IMG/VR virus record: IMGVR_UViG_3300014205_000222
Direction: 5' to 3' (one strand)
Source: a virus
Length of the DNA: 64,000 nt
Below the pieces are notes generated by a model. That model was not told where the DNA came from. It saw only the letters and a list, made by a program, of their open reading frames with translations, and did not search any database. A program made the position numbers and the translations under genes. Below are positions 28,535 through 38,111 of this stretch, one piece after another; position 1 is the first letter of the stretch, and every line of letters begins with the position of its first letter.

Positions 28535-28708
28535 CTATACAATATCTGTTCCCATCACATGCACTGGCAATTTATCCCATGTCTCTTTAGATACAAATTT
28601 TCCGCAATATCCACACATTTTCATACCAGATGCCATTTCGTGCCATGTAAATTCTCGGATTCTGCCACCACAGTGGGGGCATTCTTTTCGTACAACCATG
28701 TTTTTCAT
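28535..28708 (-). CDS. double zinc-ribbon protein (57 aa), not in ORF track (<60 aa)
   Basis: Manual minus ORF MKNMVVRKECPHCGGRIREFTWHEMASGMKMCGYCGKFVSKETWDKLPVHVMGTDIV*. Confidence 0.4.
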   Translation of the reverse strand: MKNMVVRKECPHCGGRIREFTWHEMASGMKMCGYCGKFVSKETWDKLPVHVMGTDIV

Positions 28709-28980
28709 CGTTTTCTATCACGAGGTTGACTTCTTTCTTGTTTTTCAGAACTAACCCACAAATTGTATGGATATCCGCGCGCACCATATGCTCTGTCGGG
28801 AGTGAAAATAAATGTCCTATACCCAAGCCGTTTAAATTTTAAAGATTCATCGCGCGCGTCTTCTTCTGTCACATATCCATCATGGTATACCATATCAATT
28901 TTAAATCGCTTTATTACCCTCTCTCCAGTAGCATCAAAAACCTCGCGCACCGGTGTTCTTCCTTTTGGTTTAAGTTTCAT
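28705..28980 (-). CDS. hypothetical basic protein (91 aa)
   Basis: ORF track. Confidence 0.4.
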   Translation of the reverse strand: MKLKPKGRTPVREVFDATGERVIKRFKIDMVYHDGYVTEEDARDESLKFKRLGYRTFIFTPDRAYGARGYPYNLWVSSEKQERSQPRDRKR

Positions 28981-29001
28981 AGATTATCGTTATCCCCAAT
29001 A

Positions 29002-29355
29002 CTATTTATATTTTTCAGTCTCCGCCGATGGTAGTTTTCTTACACCTTTGATAAGATCTAACGCATAGTCTTTTTCTGAAGATACCAATGCACGCTTTCT
29101 CTTACCCTTAACATATTCAACTACACGCGCACTAAATTCAATCCGGTCACCCTCACGCAAATTTAATTTATCAAATTCTTTGTTCAGATTAAACCACAAG
29201 TGGTCTGTCAAAATATTTCCATCTTTATCTGTGATATTCTTCAAAATTATAGTCCACACAAGTTCCTGTGCGCGTTTTTTTCTACCAAAACCCGAAAAAG
29301 TTCCTCTAAACACCCTACGCGCATTATTTATTTTTTTAAGTTCGTCCCTTGTCAT
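29002..29355 (-). CDS. hypothetical basic protein (117 aa)
   Basis: ORF track. Confidence 0.45.
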   Translation of the reverse strand: MTRDELKKINNARRVFRGTFSGFGRKKRAQELVWTIILKNITDKDGNILTDHLWFNLNKEFDKLNLREGDRIEFSARVVEYVKGKRKRALVSSEKDYALDLIKGVRKLPSAETEKYK

Positions 29356-29361
29356 TATATT

Positions 29362-29670
29362 TCACAACCAGTTTTCAAGAGTTACCTGTTTCTTTTGATG
29401 TTCGATTTGGATTTCGATTGGGCATTCTGTGTCTTTATCTACACACGTGGTATCCAATGGACATCGCAACATGTTTTTTATATACCCACCGAAATCGTTA
29501 CAATACTCCCTATCATCTCCGTTTACCACAATATCATACACGAAATTCCCTTTCTTATAAACAGGAAACCCATAATCATCTAATCTCTGCACTTTTGTCA
29601 CAATATAATTTTTCGAAAGGTGCCGACACTCCTTTTTACCAATTTGACAATACAACTGCTCCAAGCGCAA
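29362..29670 (-). CDS. Cys-containing protein (102 aa); first gene of the long minus-strand block
   Basis: ORF track; followed upstream by AT-rich divergent region. Confidence 0.45.
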   Translation of the reverse strand: MRLEQLYCQIGKKECRHLSKNYIVTKVQRLDDYGFPVYKKGNFVYDIVVNGDDREYCNDFGGYIKNMLRCPLDTTCVDKDTECPIEIQIEHQKKQVTLENWL

Positions 29671-29813
29671 CCAAATTCACCACTTTATATTCCATTTGCA
29701 TAAAAGAATATGTTTTCATTACTTATATAGTATACTGTTCAACTCGATGATGTATTTTTATTTGTTAGAAATATATATATAGTTTGAAATAAAATTATTA
29801 TACAGAGGATACC
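29671..29813. promoter_or_regulatory. AT-rich divergent intergenic/promoter region
   Basis: Separates minus block (to 10978) from + genes 29814..; contains TATATATA and TTTATT runs. Confidence 0.4.
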
Positions 29814-30236
29814 ATGATACAATTACGTGGCAATACAATGTACGAAGAGTCTGAAACATATGGCGACGAAAACGAGATGCGAAGGGCAGCAATGCTCCAA
29901 GCAATACGAGACAGACCTGCACGATACAACTACAGGGGTGAAGGTTCAAAAACAGACCCAAGAGACTTAAGAGTAGATGAGCTTTCATTAAAAGAACTTG
30001 GAGAACTATACGGATTACCAGTTAAATTCCCACTTAACCGCCGTTCACCGGTAGACAGAGACCCAGTTAGACATGGAAAAGCATATGCCGTTGGTAAATG
30101 GCTTGCAGCCAGAAAAACAAAAAAACAACGTGCAAAACCAAAAAAAGAAACAACCAAAAAAACAACAAAAAATAAAAAAACGGTTTCTTTAAAAACACAG
30201 AAAAACAAGTCACAAAAGAAGGGTGGTAAGAAATGA
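29814..30236 (+). CDS. lysine-rich basic protein, paralog A (140 aa)
   Basis: ORF track; C-terminal K-rich tail; shares DPVRHGKAYAVGKWLAARK motif with next gene. Confidence 0.5.
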   Translation: MIQLRGNTMYEESETYGDENEMRRAAMLQAIRDRPARYNYRGEGSKTDPRDLRVDELSLKELGELYGLPVKFPLNRRSPVDRDPVRHGKAYAVGKWLAARKTKKQRAKPKKETTKKTTKNKKTVSLKTQKNKSQKKGGKK

Positions 30237-30718
30237 AAAACCCATTTTCAATTGAAATTAAACGCCCATCCCCAAAAAATGTATTAAAAACAATTGACAT
30301 CTCAAAAAGAAAAAAAGTTCAAACAAAATATCGGTGGTATCCCAAAAAAACAGCCGCAGGAGAAACAATATCTACACCAAAAAGCATTGATTTATCATCA
30401 ATTGATACAATAACCCCGGATATAGCACCAGTAAAAAATGTGGAATCAATGACATATGCCGAACTTCAACAAAGATTCAAGCTCCCGAAAGAATATGACA
30501 TATATCGAAATCCAGTTCGAAACGAGAATGCATACGCAGTAGGAATCTGGCTGGCAAAACGAAAAATAACACCAAAAACCAAAAAAACAAAACAAAAACC
30601 ACGCAAAAAATCAAGAAGCGAATATTACTACGAGGAAGAAACACCAACATGCCCTGTATGCAATTCATACATGGACTATATTAATGGTGGATACACGTGC
30701 CCCGACTGTGATTATTAA
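30233..30718 (+). CDS. lysine-rich basic protein, paralog B, with C-terminal zinc ribbon (161 aa)
   Basis: NPVRNENAYAVGIWLAKRK motif + K-rich tail + CPVCNS…CPDC. Confidence 0.5.
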   Translation: MKNPFSIEIKRPSPKNVLKTIDISKRKKVQTKYRWYPKKTAAGETISTPKSIDLSSIDTITPDIAPVKNVESMTYAELQQRFKLPKEYDIYRNPVRNENAYAVGIWLAKRKITPKTKKTKQKPRKKSRSEYYYEEETPTCPVCNSYMDYINGGYTCPDCDY

Positions 30719-30734
30719 AAAAAAGCAATTTTTT

Positions 30735-30986
30735 CTATTTTTTCAACCCGTCGATTCCTGCCTGTAACCGCAACAATTGTGTTATAACATAGCCCAATGC
30801 AACTATATTAGTCAACCCAATTATAATCGAAACTATCATAAGGTTTGTAACACCAAATGATGCAAGATTCGCAATGAACGCATGATATATCATTATCATT
30901 GCCACAAGACCAAACAATATCACAAGAATTATCGTAGATGATAATCCAGCAATAAATGAAAACAACTTATCTCGATTGTCATTCAT
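30735..30986 (-). CDS. small 3-TM membrane protein (83 aa)
   Basis: ORF track. Confidence 0.45.
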   Translation of the reverse strand: MNDNRDKLFSFIAGLSSTIILVILFGLVAMIMIYHAFIANLASFGVTNLMIVSIIIGLTNIVALGYVITQLLRLQAGIDGLKK

Positions 30987-31072
30987 GATATATTAATATA
31001 TATCTATAATAATATAATCTTTTCGCGAAAAATAAGAAAAAACCAAAAAATTGTTTAAAATTTAAAAAATTG

Positions 31073-33514
31073 TTATTCTGGTTTCCTTACAATCAAGAAA
31101 GAAACCACACCAAGACCAATCAGCGCAATTAACGCACCAAAACCCGGAGATTTCGGAGTTTCCGTTGGAACCACAGTTGGGTCAGGGGTTATGACCGGAG
31201 TTGGTACTTCGGTTACTACGGTTGTCGGCTGCGTTGTCGGCGGGGTTGTTGGAGGCGGTGTTGGTGTAGGAGTTGGTGTAGGAACAAACGCTACCAAGTC
31301 AAATACGCTGCTTCCAGACACGGAAACAACAATACCCGTAACCGAAACACGGTATTCGTCTACCTTAAACCCATCGGTATCAAACTCATACACAAACTTA
31401 TTGGCAGACTGTCCACCATCGACAACCTTCACAACGCTGCTGCTACCGCTAAACGTTCCCGGAGCAACTTTGTCGGTCGGTTTGAACGAAGATGAAAGCA
31501 CTTCTACAAGAATTTCATTCCCAACTGCAAGATTTGTGGTTCCAGTTACAGTAACCATATCTCCAACAGCCTTGCGCGGGATATTTGTGATGCTAATGTA
31601 TGGAGCTTCTATAATGAAACTGTTCTGAACATACAAATCGTCAACCGATGGATCGTTAATTGCATTTATTAAAGCAGTTGCTGCTTCAGACGACTGAAGG
31701 CTTCCAGAACCCTGTACCTTGAACTTTGTGTTCCCATATACAGGATACGTTCCTACAACAAGATCTCCGGATTTCCACACGTCAAACTGGTTGTTATACA
31801 TTGGGTGTTGAACAACAACATAATACTGACCATCTGCAAGATTGCCGGTATCCCCGCGTGTCAGCTTAAGTTCGTATGACGCATCATCATCAACAGAAAC
31901 CTGCTTTACCAACACATAATTCTTACCGAAAATCCAAACCATTACACCAGATGCTGAGTCTGTTCCTGCAGAACCGGCGACGATAATCTCATCGCCCCGT
32001 GCTGCGTTTTTAGGAGTAACTTCGGCACTCAACGTTGGCTTGCGAACAATAATCGATACTGTTGCATACTGTATGCCCTGTAAATTATCCCTGTTCCGAG
32101 GCTCGGAAACAGCATATACAGTATATGTTCCAGAATCAATTCCTATAGCGTCCGTTCTCCACTTGTAATCATACGAATCGTCTTCGCGGACATCTGCATT
32201 AACCATGTTTGAAACATTGATTGGTTCACGCGGCGAATCTAACTTTCCGCCAGCATTTGGAAGATTCGGTCCAGTTATAAAGAAATACGTGCTTTCAGTT
32301 TCAGTGTTTACACCAGCAAGTACAATCTCATCGCCAAGATAATATGAATTTTTATCGGTTACCAACGAGAGTTGCCCGGTGCTTACAGTCACTGTAACCT
32401 CACCCGATTTATACTCGCTGCCAAACTTATTTTCGGCACGAATGGTGTATCGTCTGTCCTGTGTGTCGCTGTACGTCTGGAAACCAATAGTTCTCTTACC
32501 AGAAGAATCTGTAGTTACCGTTGCAAAATATTTTGCATCACCGTTTGGAACACTTGCATCAATACGCTTACCACCCTCGGTAATATACCCCGGGTTTGCT
32601 CCAATCGAAACACCATACTGGTTCGATATAATTACAGGGGCCGGGTCTGTCTGTGTAGATTTTACAAACACATGATATTCCGTGTTTGGCTGACCAGTTA
32701 CCGTAACCGAAAATGCACCTCCACGGGTTACACTTGCAACATTCGACTCGACACGAATCCCTTCGGATGCAATAAAGAATGTTCTGACTACAGATTTTAC
32801 ATCCAAACTATTAACCCCGCACGTCGCATGAACCTTATATTCTCCGGCAGGGTATAACCGCGCAGAACCAGAACGAGCATCCAAATTCCATGCATCATTA
32901 GCAACTTTGTTTGCCCAATAAAACAGGGAACCAGTTAACGGAACGTTATCGATACTGCGATCACCATTTATTGTCACGAGTTTGTTATATACAGAACCAC
33001 TCGGTGCGGCAACCCTGATATCAAAATCAAACGCCTCTGTTGAATTTACATTCCGCGCGCGAATAAGATGCAGGTTAGACTCAACCCTGAAATCAACGCG
33101 CGATGTTCTGGCAATGCTTTCTCCGTCAACACGTTTGTCTGCCGGAATATCCCAAATCAGAACGTTAATCTGCGGGTTTTCGACATAGAATGCAACTCCG
33201 TGCGAAGTGCTACCATCCCACCGATACCATGCATCTGTTCTTCCAGTGAACGTTGATGGCGAAACATAGAAATCTGTCTTGCCAGTAACATCAACGACTC
33301 GCCCCGGCGAATCTATAGACGGATTCGAACCAGATGGGAACCATGCAATTTTATCATAACTGCCTACGGCAGCAGATATATCCAAACTTTCTTCCCCGAT
33401 GAACACCGTTCCCTCTTGCGCAACAGTGCTATAAGCTCCAGCAGAAACCGGAGCAGCTAAAGCAAAAGCCGCGAGGATCAGTGCAACAACCATAATTGAA
33501 AAATTCGCTTTCAT
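31073..33514 (-). CDS. large secreted cell-surface protein with Ig-like/beta-rich repeats, PT-rich linker and PGF-CTERM archaeosortase sorting signal
   Basis: Start at 33514 (GGTGGGAG SD, signal peptide MKANFSIMVVALILAAFALAAPVSA); C-terminus …PTPTPTPTPPPTTPPTTQPTT…PKSPGFGALIALIGLGVVSFLIVRKPE = PGF-CTERM; listed ORF start 33646 over-extended. Confidence 0.7.
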   Translation of the reverse strand: MKANFSIMVVALILAAFALAAPVSAGAYSTVAQEGTVFIGEESLDISAAVGSYDKIAWFPSGSNPSIDSPGRVVDVTGKTDFYVSPSTFTGRTDAWYRWDGSTSHGVAFYVENPQINVLIWDIPADKRVDGESIARTSRVDFRVESNLHLIRARNVNSTEAFDFDIRVAAPSGSVYNKLVTINGDRSIDNVPLTGSLFYWANKVANDAWNLDARSGSARLYPAGEYKVHATCGVNSLDVKSVVRTFFIASEGIRVESNVASVTRGGAFSVTVTGQPNTEYHVFVKSTQTDPAPVIISNQYGVSIGANPGYITEGGKRIDASVPNGDAKYFATVTTDSSGKRTIGFQTYSDTQDRRYTIRAENKFGSEYKSGEVTVTVSTGQLSLVTDKNSYYLGDEIVLAGVNTETESTYFFITGPNLPNAGGKLDSPREPINVSNMVNADVREDDSYDYKWRTDAIGIDSGTYTVYAVSEPRNRDNLQGIQYATVSIIVRKPTLSAEVTPKNAARGDEIIVAGSAGTDSASGVMVWIFGKNYVLVKQVSVDDDASYELKLTRGDTGNLADGQYYVVVQHPMYNNQFDVWKSGDLVVGTYPVYGNTKFKVQGSGSLQSSEAATALINAINDPSVDDLYVQNSFIIEAPYISITNIPRKAVGDMVTVTGTTNLAVGNEILVEVLSSSFKPTDKVAPGTFSGSSSVVKVVDGGQSANKFVYEFDTDGFKVDEYRVSVTGIVVSVSGSSVFDLVAFVPTPTPTPTPPPTTPPTTQPTTVVTEVPTPVITPDPTVVPTETPKSPGFGALIALIGLGVVSFLIVRKPE

Positions 33515-33660
33515 AGTCAATATCTTCTCCCACCGGGTTTTTTTCAAACACCCGGTGTCGTGTTTTACCACATAACAGATAATATTTCTAATTTCACATA
33601 TATAAGAGTTACGATAAATGATAAAATTATCAAACCAATGCGACAAAGAAATAATATTTA

Positions 33661-34188
33661 TTATTTTTTACGCGCTTTGACAGATGTTCGTTTTTTCGAA
33701 GATGTTTTTGGGGCACGAACCGGTGTTTTTGCGGTTTTTTTAACCGATGTGCGTTTTGTTTTAGAGACTTTCACCGGTTTTGTTACCGCAACCGGAGTGC
33801 TTACAGGATGAGCATAACTCTGTTTTCGTGACCGAAGTGCTTGCGGAAGCGAAGATGTGCGCGAACCGCCCAATCGCGAAGAAAAGGCATTCCATTTAGA
33901 ATTTATAACACACAACGCATCTTGCGGAGAGCAGTTATATGTTCCTGTAGGCGCGCGCGTATTATATTGAGAACCCGGTGGTGCCCGCGCAACACTCGCT
34001 GGTTCTGCGGATACATTTCCTTGTTGTAATGCAACTTGTTCTAAAATCCTAACAACCAGTTCCTTGACTTCCGGAGGCGTGGTGTTATCTTGAGACGGGT
34101 CATAATTATACGGTATAAACGTCCCATCAGGTAATGGCGGTGCACCAGAAACATATACTCCACCTTCTGCAGTTTGTATTTTAACCAT
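33661..34188 (-). CDS. protein with Lys/Arg-rich histone-H1-like C-terminal tail (175 aa)
   Basis: ORF track; C-terminus KPVKVSKTKRTSVKKTAKTPVRAPKTSSKKRTSVKARKK. Confidence 0.5.
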   Translation of the reverse strand: MVKIQTAEGGVYVSGAPPLPDGTFIPYNYDPSQDNTTPPEVKELVVRILEQVALQQGNVSAEPASVARAPPGSQYNTRAPTGTYNCSPQDALCVINSKWNAFSSRLGGSRTSSLPQALRSRKQSYAHPVSTPVAVTKPVKVSKTKRTSVKKTAKTPVRAPKTSSKKRTSVKARKK

Positions 34189-34443
34189 ATATATTTATTA
34201 TACACCATCAAATATAAATGTTACTATATTAAACATTTGAAATTTCTTCTGCGAATTGTGTATACAACTCTGGCGCATTTTCACGCATATACTCAACTAC
34301 CACATCCAAATCGACTTTTTCAATATAATCGACAAAGGTATCTAAAATTGTCATAGACATCATAAATATATAATCGATTAATTTGTATATATAGATGTCG
34401 TTGAACGATTTTAAAAACAGAATGTTTAATATACACAAAGATG

Positions 34444-34454
34444 GTATAAATATA
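34444..34454 (+). promoter_or_regulatory. TATA box (GTATAAATATA) ~26 nt upstream of PCNA start: leaderless archaeal-type promoter
   Basis: TATA-like motif at archaeal spacing from ATG 34475. Confidence 0.45.
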
Positions 34455-34474
34455 CCATTAACAGTGGTGTAAAA

Positions 34475-35221
34475 ATGCTCAAAGGAAAAATTGATGAAAA
34501 AACAATCACAAGTTTTATTGACGCTGTATCGATATTTGTTACAGAATGCAGGTTGCATATAAATGAAAAAGAAATCCACACGGCTGCTGTAAATCAATCG
34601 AATGTAGCACTTGCACAGGTTAAACTCTCTAAAGATGGGTTTTCAGAATATATTGTGACACCATCCGAAATGTGTTTAGATATTACAAAATTAAAATCTG
34701 CGCTTGTATGTATCAGAGCAGATGAATATTCTGTTTTATTCACCGAAAGTTCGGGAAAAGTTGAATTCTCTGGAAACGGATATACATATAGAATGTCACT
34801 TTTAGCTGACGCTTCGCTGCGCAAAGACCCAACATCCGACCCCTCGCAATTACCATTGCCTTGCCACTTACAAATGTCGGGAAAAGAATTTTCCAACGCG
34901 ATAACCGCAATCGGGAAAATAAGCGATGTAATTACATTAAAATATATCAAAGATGATGGAAAATTGTCAATATTCTCAAAAGACGAACTTGAAAACATGA
35001 CTGCAGAAATTGATAAAAACAATTTCTCTGCAATCAAAAATGTTGATGCTGAGTCTATGTTCGCAACAGAGTTTGTTAAAAGTATTGCAAGAATAGCATC
35101 GAATTCTGATGTAATAAATATACACTTGGGCAACAACATGCCTCTACGAACATCTCTACAGATTGGGACAAAAAACCCGGTTATTGATGCAACATATGTT
35201 GTCGCGCCTCGGTTGGAATAG
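34475..35221 (+). CDS. pcn: DNA polymerase sliding clamp PCNA
   Basis: 248 aa, acidic; C-terminus …YVVAPRLE matches conserved PCNA LAPK/R[IL]E ending; archaeal-type TATA upstream. Confidence 0.8.
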   Translation: MLKGKIDEKTITSFIDAVSIFVTECRLHINEKEIHTAAVNQSNVALAQVKLSKDGFSEYIVTPSEMCLDITKLKSALVCIRADEYSVLFTESSGKVEFSGNGYTYRMSLLADASLRKDPTSDPSQLPLPCHLQMSGKEFSNAITAIGKISDVITLKYIKDDGKLSIFSKDELENMTAEIDKNNFSAIKNVDAESMFATEFVKSIARIASNSDVINIHLGNNMPLRTSLQIGTKNPVIDATYVVAPRLE

Positions 35222-35491
35222 TGATGCAACCATGAAACCAAACTTTTTTAAACGCAAAAAATTGATTACACTAACCAAAAAAAATCCAGAAAACATTTTT
35301 GTAGATATCATACTTACATTTCTATCGATTTTTTTCTTTGCGTTCGCAGTTTTTTGTTGGTTTAAAATTCGGACAAACTTCCCAACACTCGAATCATTGC
35401 TCTTTTTCAGTATCAGTATAAACTTTGCGCTGATATACCAGTGCATATCTTACAGAAGATTCGCACAAAACATATTATCAACAAAAAAGAA

Positions 35492-36259
35492 TTAATTATT
35501 TTTTAGATTTTTGTTTCCCGCGCGTTTTTTCGCGGTGCAATTTGACTTTTTGCACGTGCGCGCGGTTTTTTTCGTGCTATATTTTTGTGGTCGTGTTCCT
35601 TTTGGAATTGTTTTTATTTGCCACCCATCATTTTCGGAACCATATCTACTACCATACCAATCAACATAATTTCTATCATTTGTAACATTTACATACGCCC
35701 CACTCTGTGAGTCATAATATCCACTAACAGGAGGACCATCGGGCTTCCACCCCATTTGTACTTGTCGGTCAAGATCTCGAAATTTCTGCGCGCGCACGTC
35801 TTCTGCAGTTTGCAAATTCGCATAAGGATTTGTAGATTGTAAAATCTGACGTGCCGCAGCACTTGTAGATGTAGTTCTCGATGGCGAAACTTGTGCGACG
35901 CGAGTAATTGGAGCTCCGCTGTAGGGCTGCGATGGATTTACCAAAGCCGCTTCCTTACGCCGTTCAACCTCACGCATAAACGCTTCGCGCCCCAAATTTA
36001 TATATGGGTTTGTAGCGTCTAAAATTGCCTGAACTTCTGGGCTACTTCTCCGATATAAATCAGACCGCGATGGTTTTAGAACAAGTGGAATGCGATTGTT
36101 ATCCGGGTAATATACCTTTGTTTGTGCATACGTCTGTTGAAGTGTTTTGGGTTTGACTCTTCCCTTTATTTTTTTATTTGCCTTTTTTCTAACCATATAT
36201 TTATGTATGTATCTAATCATATATATAAATATGTTCGAATATAAACAGTGTATCGTCAT
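35492..36259 (-). CDS. basic protein with internal ILxxTNPYxNL repeats (255 aa; likely start Met 36196)
   Basis: ORF track; ILDATNPYINL / ILQSTNPYANL duplicated motif; basic N- and C-termini. Confidence 0.45.
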   Translation of the reverse strand: MTIHCLYSNIFIYMIRYIHKYMVRKKANKKIKGRVKPKTLQQTYAQTKVYYPDNNRIPLVLKPSRSDLYRRSSPEVQAILDATNPYINLGREAFMREVERRKEAALVNPSQPYSGAPITRVAQVSPSRTTSTSAAARQILQSTNPYANLQTAEDVRAQKFRDLDRQVQMGWKPDGPPVSGYYDSQSGAYVNVTNDRNYVDWYGSRYGSENDGWQIKTIPKGTRPQKYSTKKTARTCKKSNCTAKKRAGNKNLKNN

Positions 36260-36275
36260 AACAAAAGATGTTAAA

Positions 36276-36584
36276 ATGACATGCCAAAAATCTTGTGTAC
36301 AGGTTGCACACGCCTCAATAGATTCCTACAGGATATCTAATAAAAAACTTCGGGAATCGTGGTATAACGAAGGGCAAAAAAAAGTTGTCCTAGAGGTAGA
36401 AACTACCCAAGACATTTTAAATCTCGCATCGATTGCAGATGAAAATGACATAGAATATTCAATTATACAAGACATGGGATATACAGAAATTGAACCGGAT
36501 ACCATTACAGCGATTGGATTTGAAATATTACCATCCGAAGAAATAGACAAAATCACAAAAAACTTAAATTTATTTAAATTTTAA
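36276..36584 (+). CDS. pth2: peptidyl-tRNA hydrolase PTH2 family
   Basis: SCVQVAHAS…WYNEGQKKVVLEV…IQDMGYTEIEPDTITAIGF…KNLNLF follows PTH2 conserved blocks; ATG 36276 (listed ORF 36147 over-extended); TATA at 36221-30. Confidence 0.7.
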   Translation: MTCQKSCVQVAHASIDSYRISNKKLRESWYNEGQKKVVLEVETTQDILNLASIADENDIEYSIIQDMGYTEIEPDTITAIGFEILPSEEIDKITKNLNLFKF

Positions 36585-36672
36585 TGAGTCTGTCCGGATT
36601 TGAACCGGAGCGTTTACCCTTCGGTAGCAGATCTTGAGTCTACCGCATTCAACCATGCTCTGCCACAGACTC
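36585..36672 (-). tRNA. tRNA-Leu-CAA: tRNA-Leu(CAA), class II
   Basis: Manual cloverleaf: acceptor GAGUCUG/CAGACUC, T-arm UCCGGUUCAAAUCCGGA, anticodon loop CUCAAGA, long variable arm; abuts pth2 stop. Confidence 0.75.
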
Positions 36673-36759
36673 GCAAAACACTATTGGTTTTACAAATATA
36701 TTAATATTTCTACACAACAATTAAAACCACAAACTCGAAATATGTAACAGCCGATAAAA

Positions 36760-37065
36760 ATGATACTATCACATGACAGATGCGACCACCACCCTGTAAC
36801 ACTCGACGAATCGAACATGACAGTGAAGGAATTAAAAGAGCAAAGAAACTTTCTGAAATTTGTATTCAATATTAAATACAAACAAGAAAATTTAGAAAAC
36901 ATCCGACGTTTGGGATATATCACTCCGCAAGCAGATACAGTTTTTCGATGTGGAAGCAATGGTGCATATATCTGGAAAACAAACCAAGAAGAAATAAAAA
37001 ATTTGATAGACAGAATTTCACTGGAGATAATTAAACGAAATAAAAATATACGAAATAACTTATAG
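36760..37065 (+). CDS. hypothetical protein (101 aa) between tRNAs
   Basis: ORF track; stop overlaps 3' end of next tRNA by 3 nt. Confidence 0.35.
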   Translation: MILSHDRCDHHPVTLDESNMTVKELKEQRNFLKFVFNIKYKQENLENIRRLGYITPQADTVFRCGSNGAYIWKTNQEEIKNLIDRISLEIIKRNKNIRNNL

Positions 37066-37145
37066 GTGTGATGGGATTTGAACCCACATACACTAAAGAC
37101 CGATTTTAAGTCGGTTCCCTAACCAAGTTCGGGATACACACACCC
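37063..37145 (-). tRNA. tRNA-Leu-UAA: tRNA-Leu(UAA)
   Basis: Acceptor GGGUGUG/CACACCU, T-arm GUGGGUUCAAAUCCCAU, anticodon loop CUUAAAA. Confidence 0.7.
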
Positions 37146-37147
37146 AA

Positions 37148-37229
37148 TATGGCTGGTCGGATTCGAACCGACGGCGTTTCCTCGTACGGCGTCTAAAGCC
37201 GCTCCATTCAGCCTCTTTGGTACAGCCAC
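37148..37229 (-). tRNA. tRNA-Leu-UAG: tRNA-Leu(UAG), class II
   Basis: Acceptor GUGGCUG/CAGCCAU, T-arm GUCGGUUCGAAUCCGAC, anticodon loop UUUAGAC, 13-nt variable region. Confidence 0.7.
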
Positions 37230-37235
37230 AATATA

Positions 37236-37436
37236 TCACATCATATTTTGAATTTCCATATATAAACATTTTTTCATTGTATGTCTACGTTTTTTTGACA
37301 ACCACCGTTTAGGTTTTCCTTCCTCCTTAATCAAATTATGACACATCTGCCATCGGTCAAACTGTTTATATTGATGTCTCAACCACAGCATTCCTTTATA
37401 ATGCTGGTAATTATATGCGCGTTTTGTGCGACTCAT
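37236..37436 (-). CDS. small basic protein (66 aa) embedded in tRNA array
   Basis: ORF track; fills the only gap in array. Confidence 0.3.
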   Translation of the reverse strand: MSRTKRAYNYQHYKGMLWLRHQYKQFDRWQMCHNLIKEEGKPKRWLSKKRRHTMKKCLYMEIQNMM

Positions 37437-37464
37437 GTATATTACCTTACATCAATTCCTCCAA

Positions 37465-37553
37465 TGAGTGGGGCAGGATTTGAACCTGCGAGTTTACCCC
37501 TGCGGGACAACCCCCTCAAGATTGCGTCTTCAGCCGAGCTTGACTACCCACTC
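37465..37553 (-). tRNA. tRNA-Leu-GAG: tRNA-Leu(GAG), class II
   Basis: Acceptor GAGUGGG/CCCACUC, T-arm GCAGGUUCAAAUCCUGC, anticodon loop UUGAGGG, variable stem CCCGC/GCGGG-like. Confidence 0.75.
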
Positions 37554-37557
37554 GAAA

Positions 37558-37642
37558 CGCCCCCGTCAGGAATCGAACCTGATACCCCGTTTCATCGGGG
37601 CGACGGTTTTCAAGACCGTTTCACACCATTGCGCTCAGAGGC
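37558..37642 (-). tRNA. tRNA-Ser-UGA: tRNA-Ser(UGA), class II
   Basis: T-arm UCAGGUUCGAUUCCUGA, anticodon stem ACGGU/ACCGU loop CUUGAAA, variable stem CCCCG/CGGGG. Confidence 0.75.
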
Positions 37643-37646
37643 AAAG

Positions 37647-37720
37647 AGCCGGTGGTGGGAGTTGAACCCACAGCCTTCCGCTTACAAGGCGGGTGCACAG
37701 CCAAATTGTGCTTCACCGGC
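37647..37720 (-). tRNA. tRNA-Thr-UGU: tRNA-Thr(UGU)
   Basis: Acceptor GCCGGUG/CACCGGC, D-stem GCAC/GUGC, loop CUUGUAA, T-arm GUGGGUUCAACUCCCAC. Confidence 0.8.
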
Positions 37721-37724
37721 AGAA

Positions 37725-37812
37725 CGCCCCCGGCAGGAATCGAACCTGCACCTGTCAGAAAGACAGCATCCGGGTAGCAACCGGCGGGTATAAACCATTC
37801 TCCCACGGAGGC
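37725..37812 (-). tRNA. tRNA-Ser-GCU: tRNA-Ser(GCU), class II
   Basis: T-arm GCAGGUUCGAUUCCUGC, loop UUGCUAC, variable stem CUGUC/GACAG. Confidence 0.75.
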
Positions 37813-38111
37813 AGTTGAAAAACCAATACAACAACACTTATAGTGTTGTCGAAGACGTACTAAGTAACGGGGTTGACCCTAAAATAGAATAATCGAAAAT
37901 GCACACTCGGACATTAAATCCATTCTGTTTATTTTCCATTTTTATCACATACATATTTCCACTCAAAAGTATATAAATTTAACCCTCGACAAAATATTCC
38001 TCAATTTGCTCTGACCACAAACATATATACTCGCTTGCCTCGCGCGGGGAAATTTCACGGTTGTATATACCAAGCGAAATTCTGTTCATATGATCCAAAA
38101 GGTTTTGTTTT

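Noticed and set aside
29930-30300. Minus-strand ORFs 29930..30208 and 30067..30300 antisense to the lysine-rich paralogs
   Set aside because: AAA/TTT-rich antisense frames of K-rich genes (translated as F/L runs). No independent support.
31191-33256. Plus-strand ORFs (31191..31628, 32372..32857, 32982..33256) inside the 813-aa PGF-CTERM gene
   Set aside because: Antisense to a long, clearly coding minus-strand gene. The compositions (PT/G/V runs) are mirror images of its linker.
37338-37806. ORFs 37338..37793 (+151 aa), 37468..37665 and 37621..37806 spanning the tRNA array
   Set aside because: They run straight through five well-folded tRNA genes. Their amino-acid sequences are low-complexity translations of tRNA stems (…GFEPASLPLRDNPLKIASS…). 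These are spurious.
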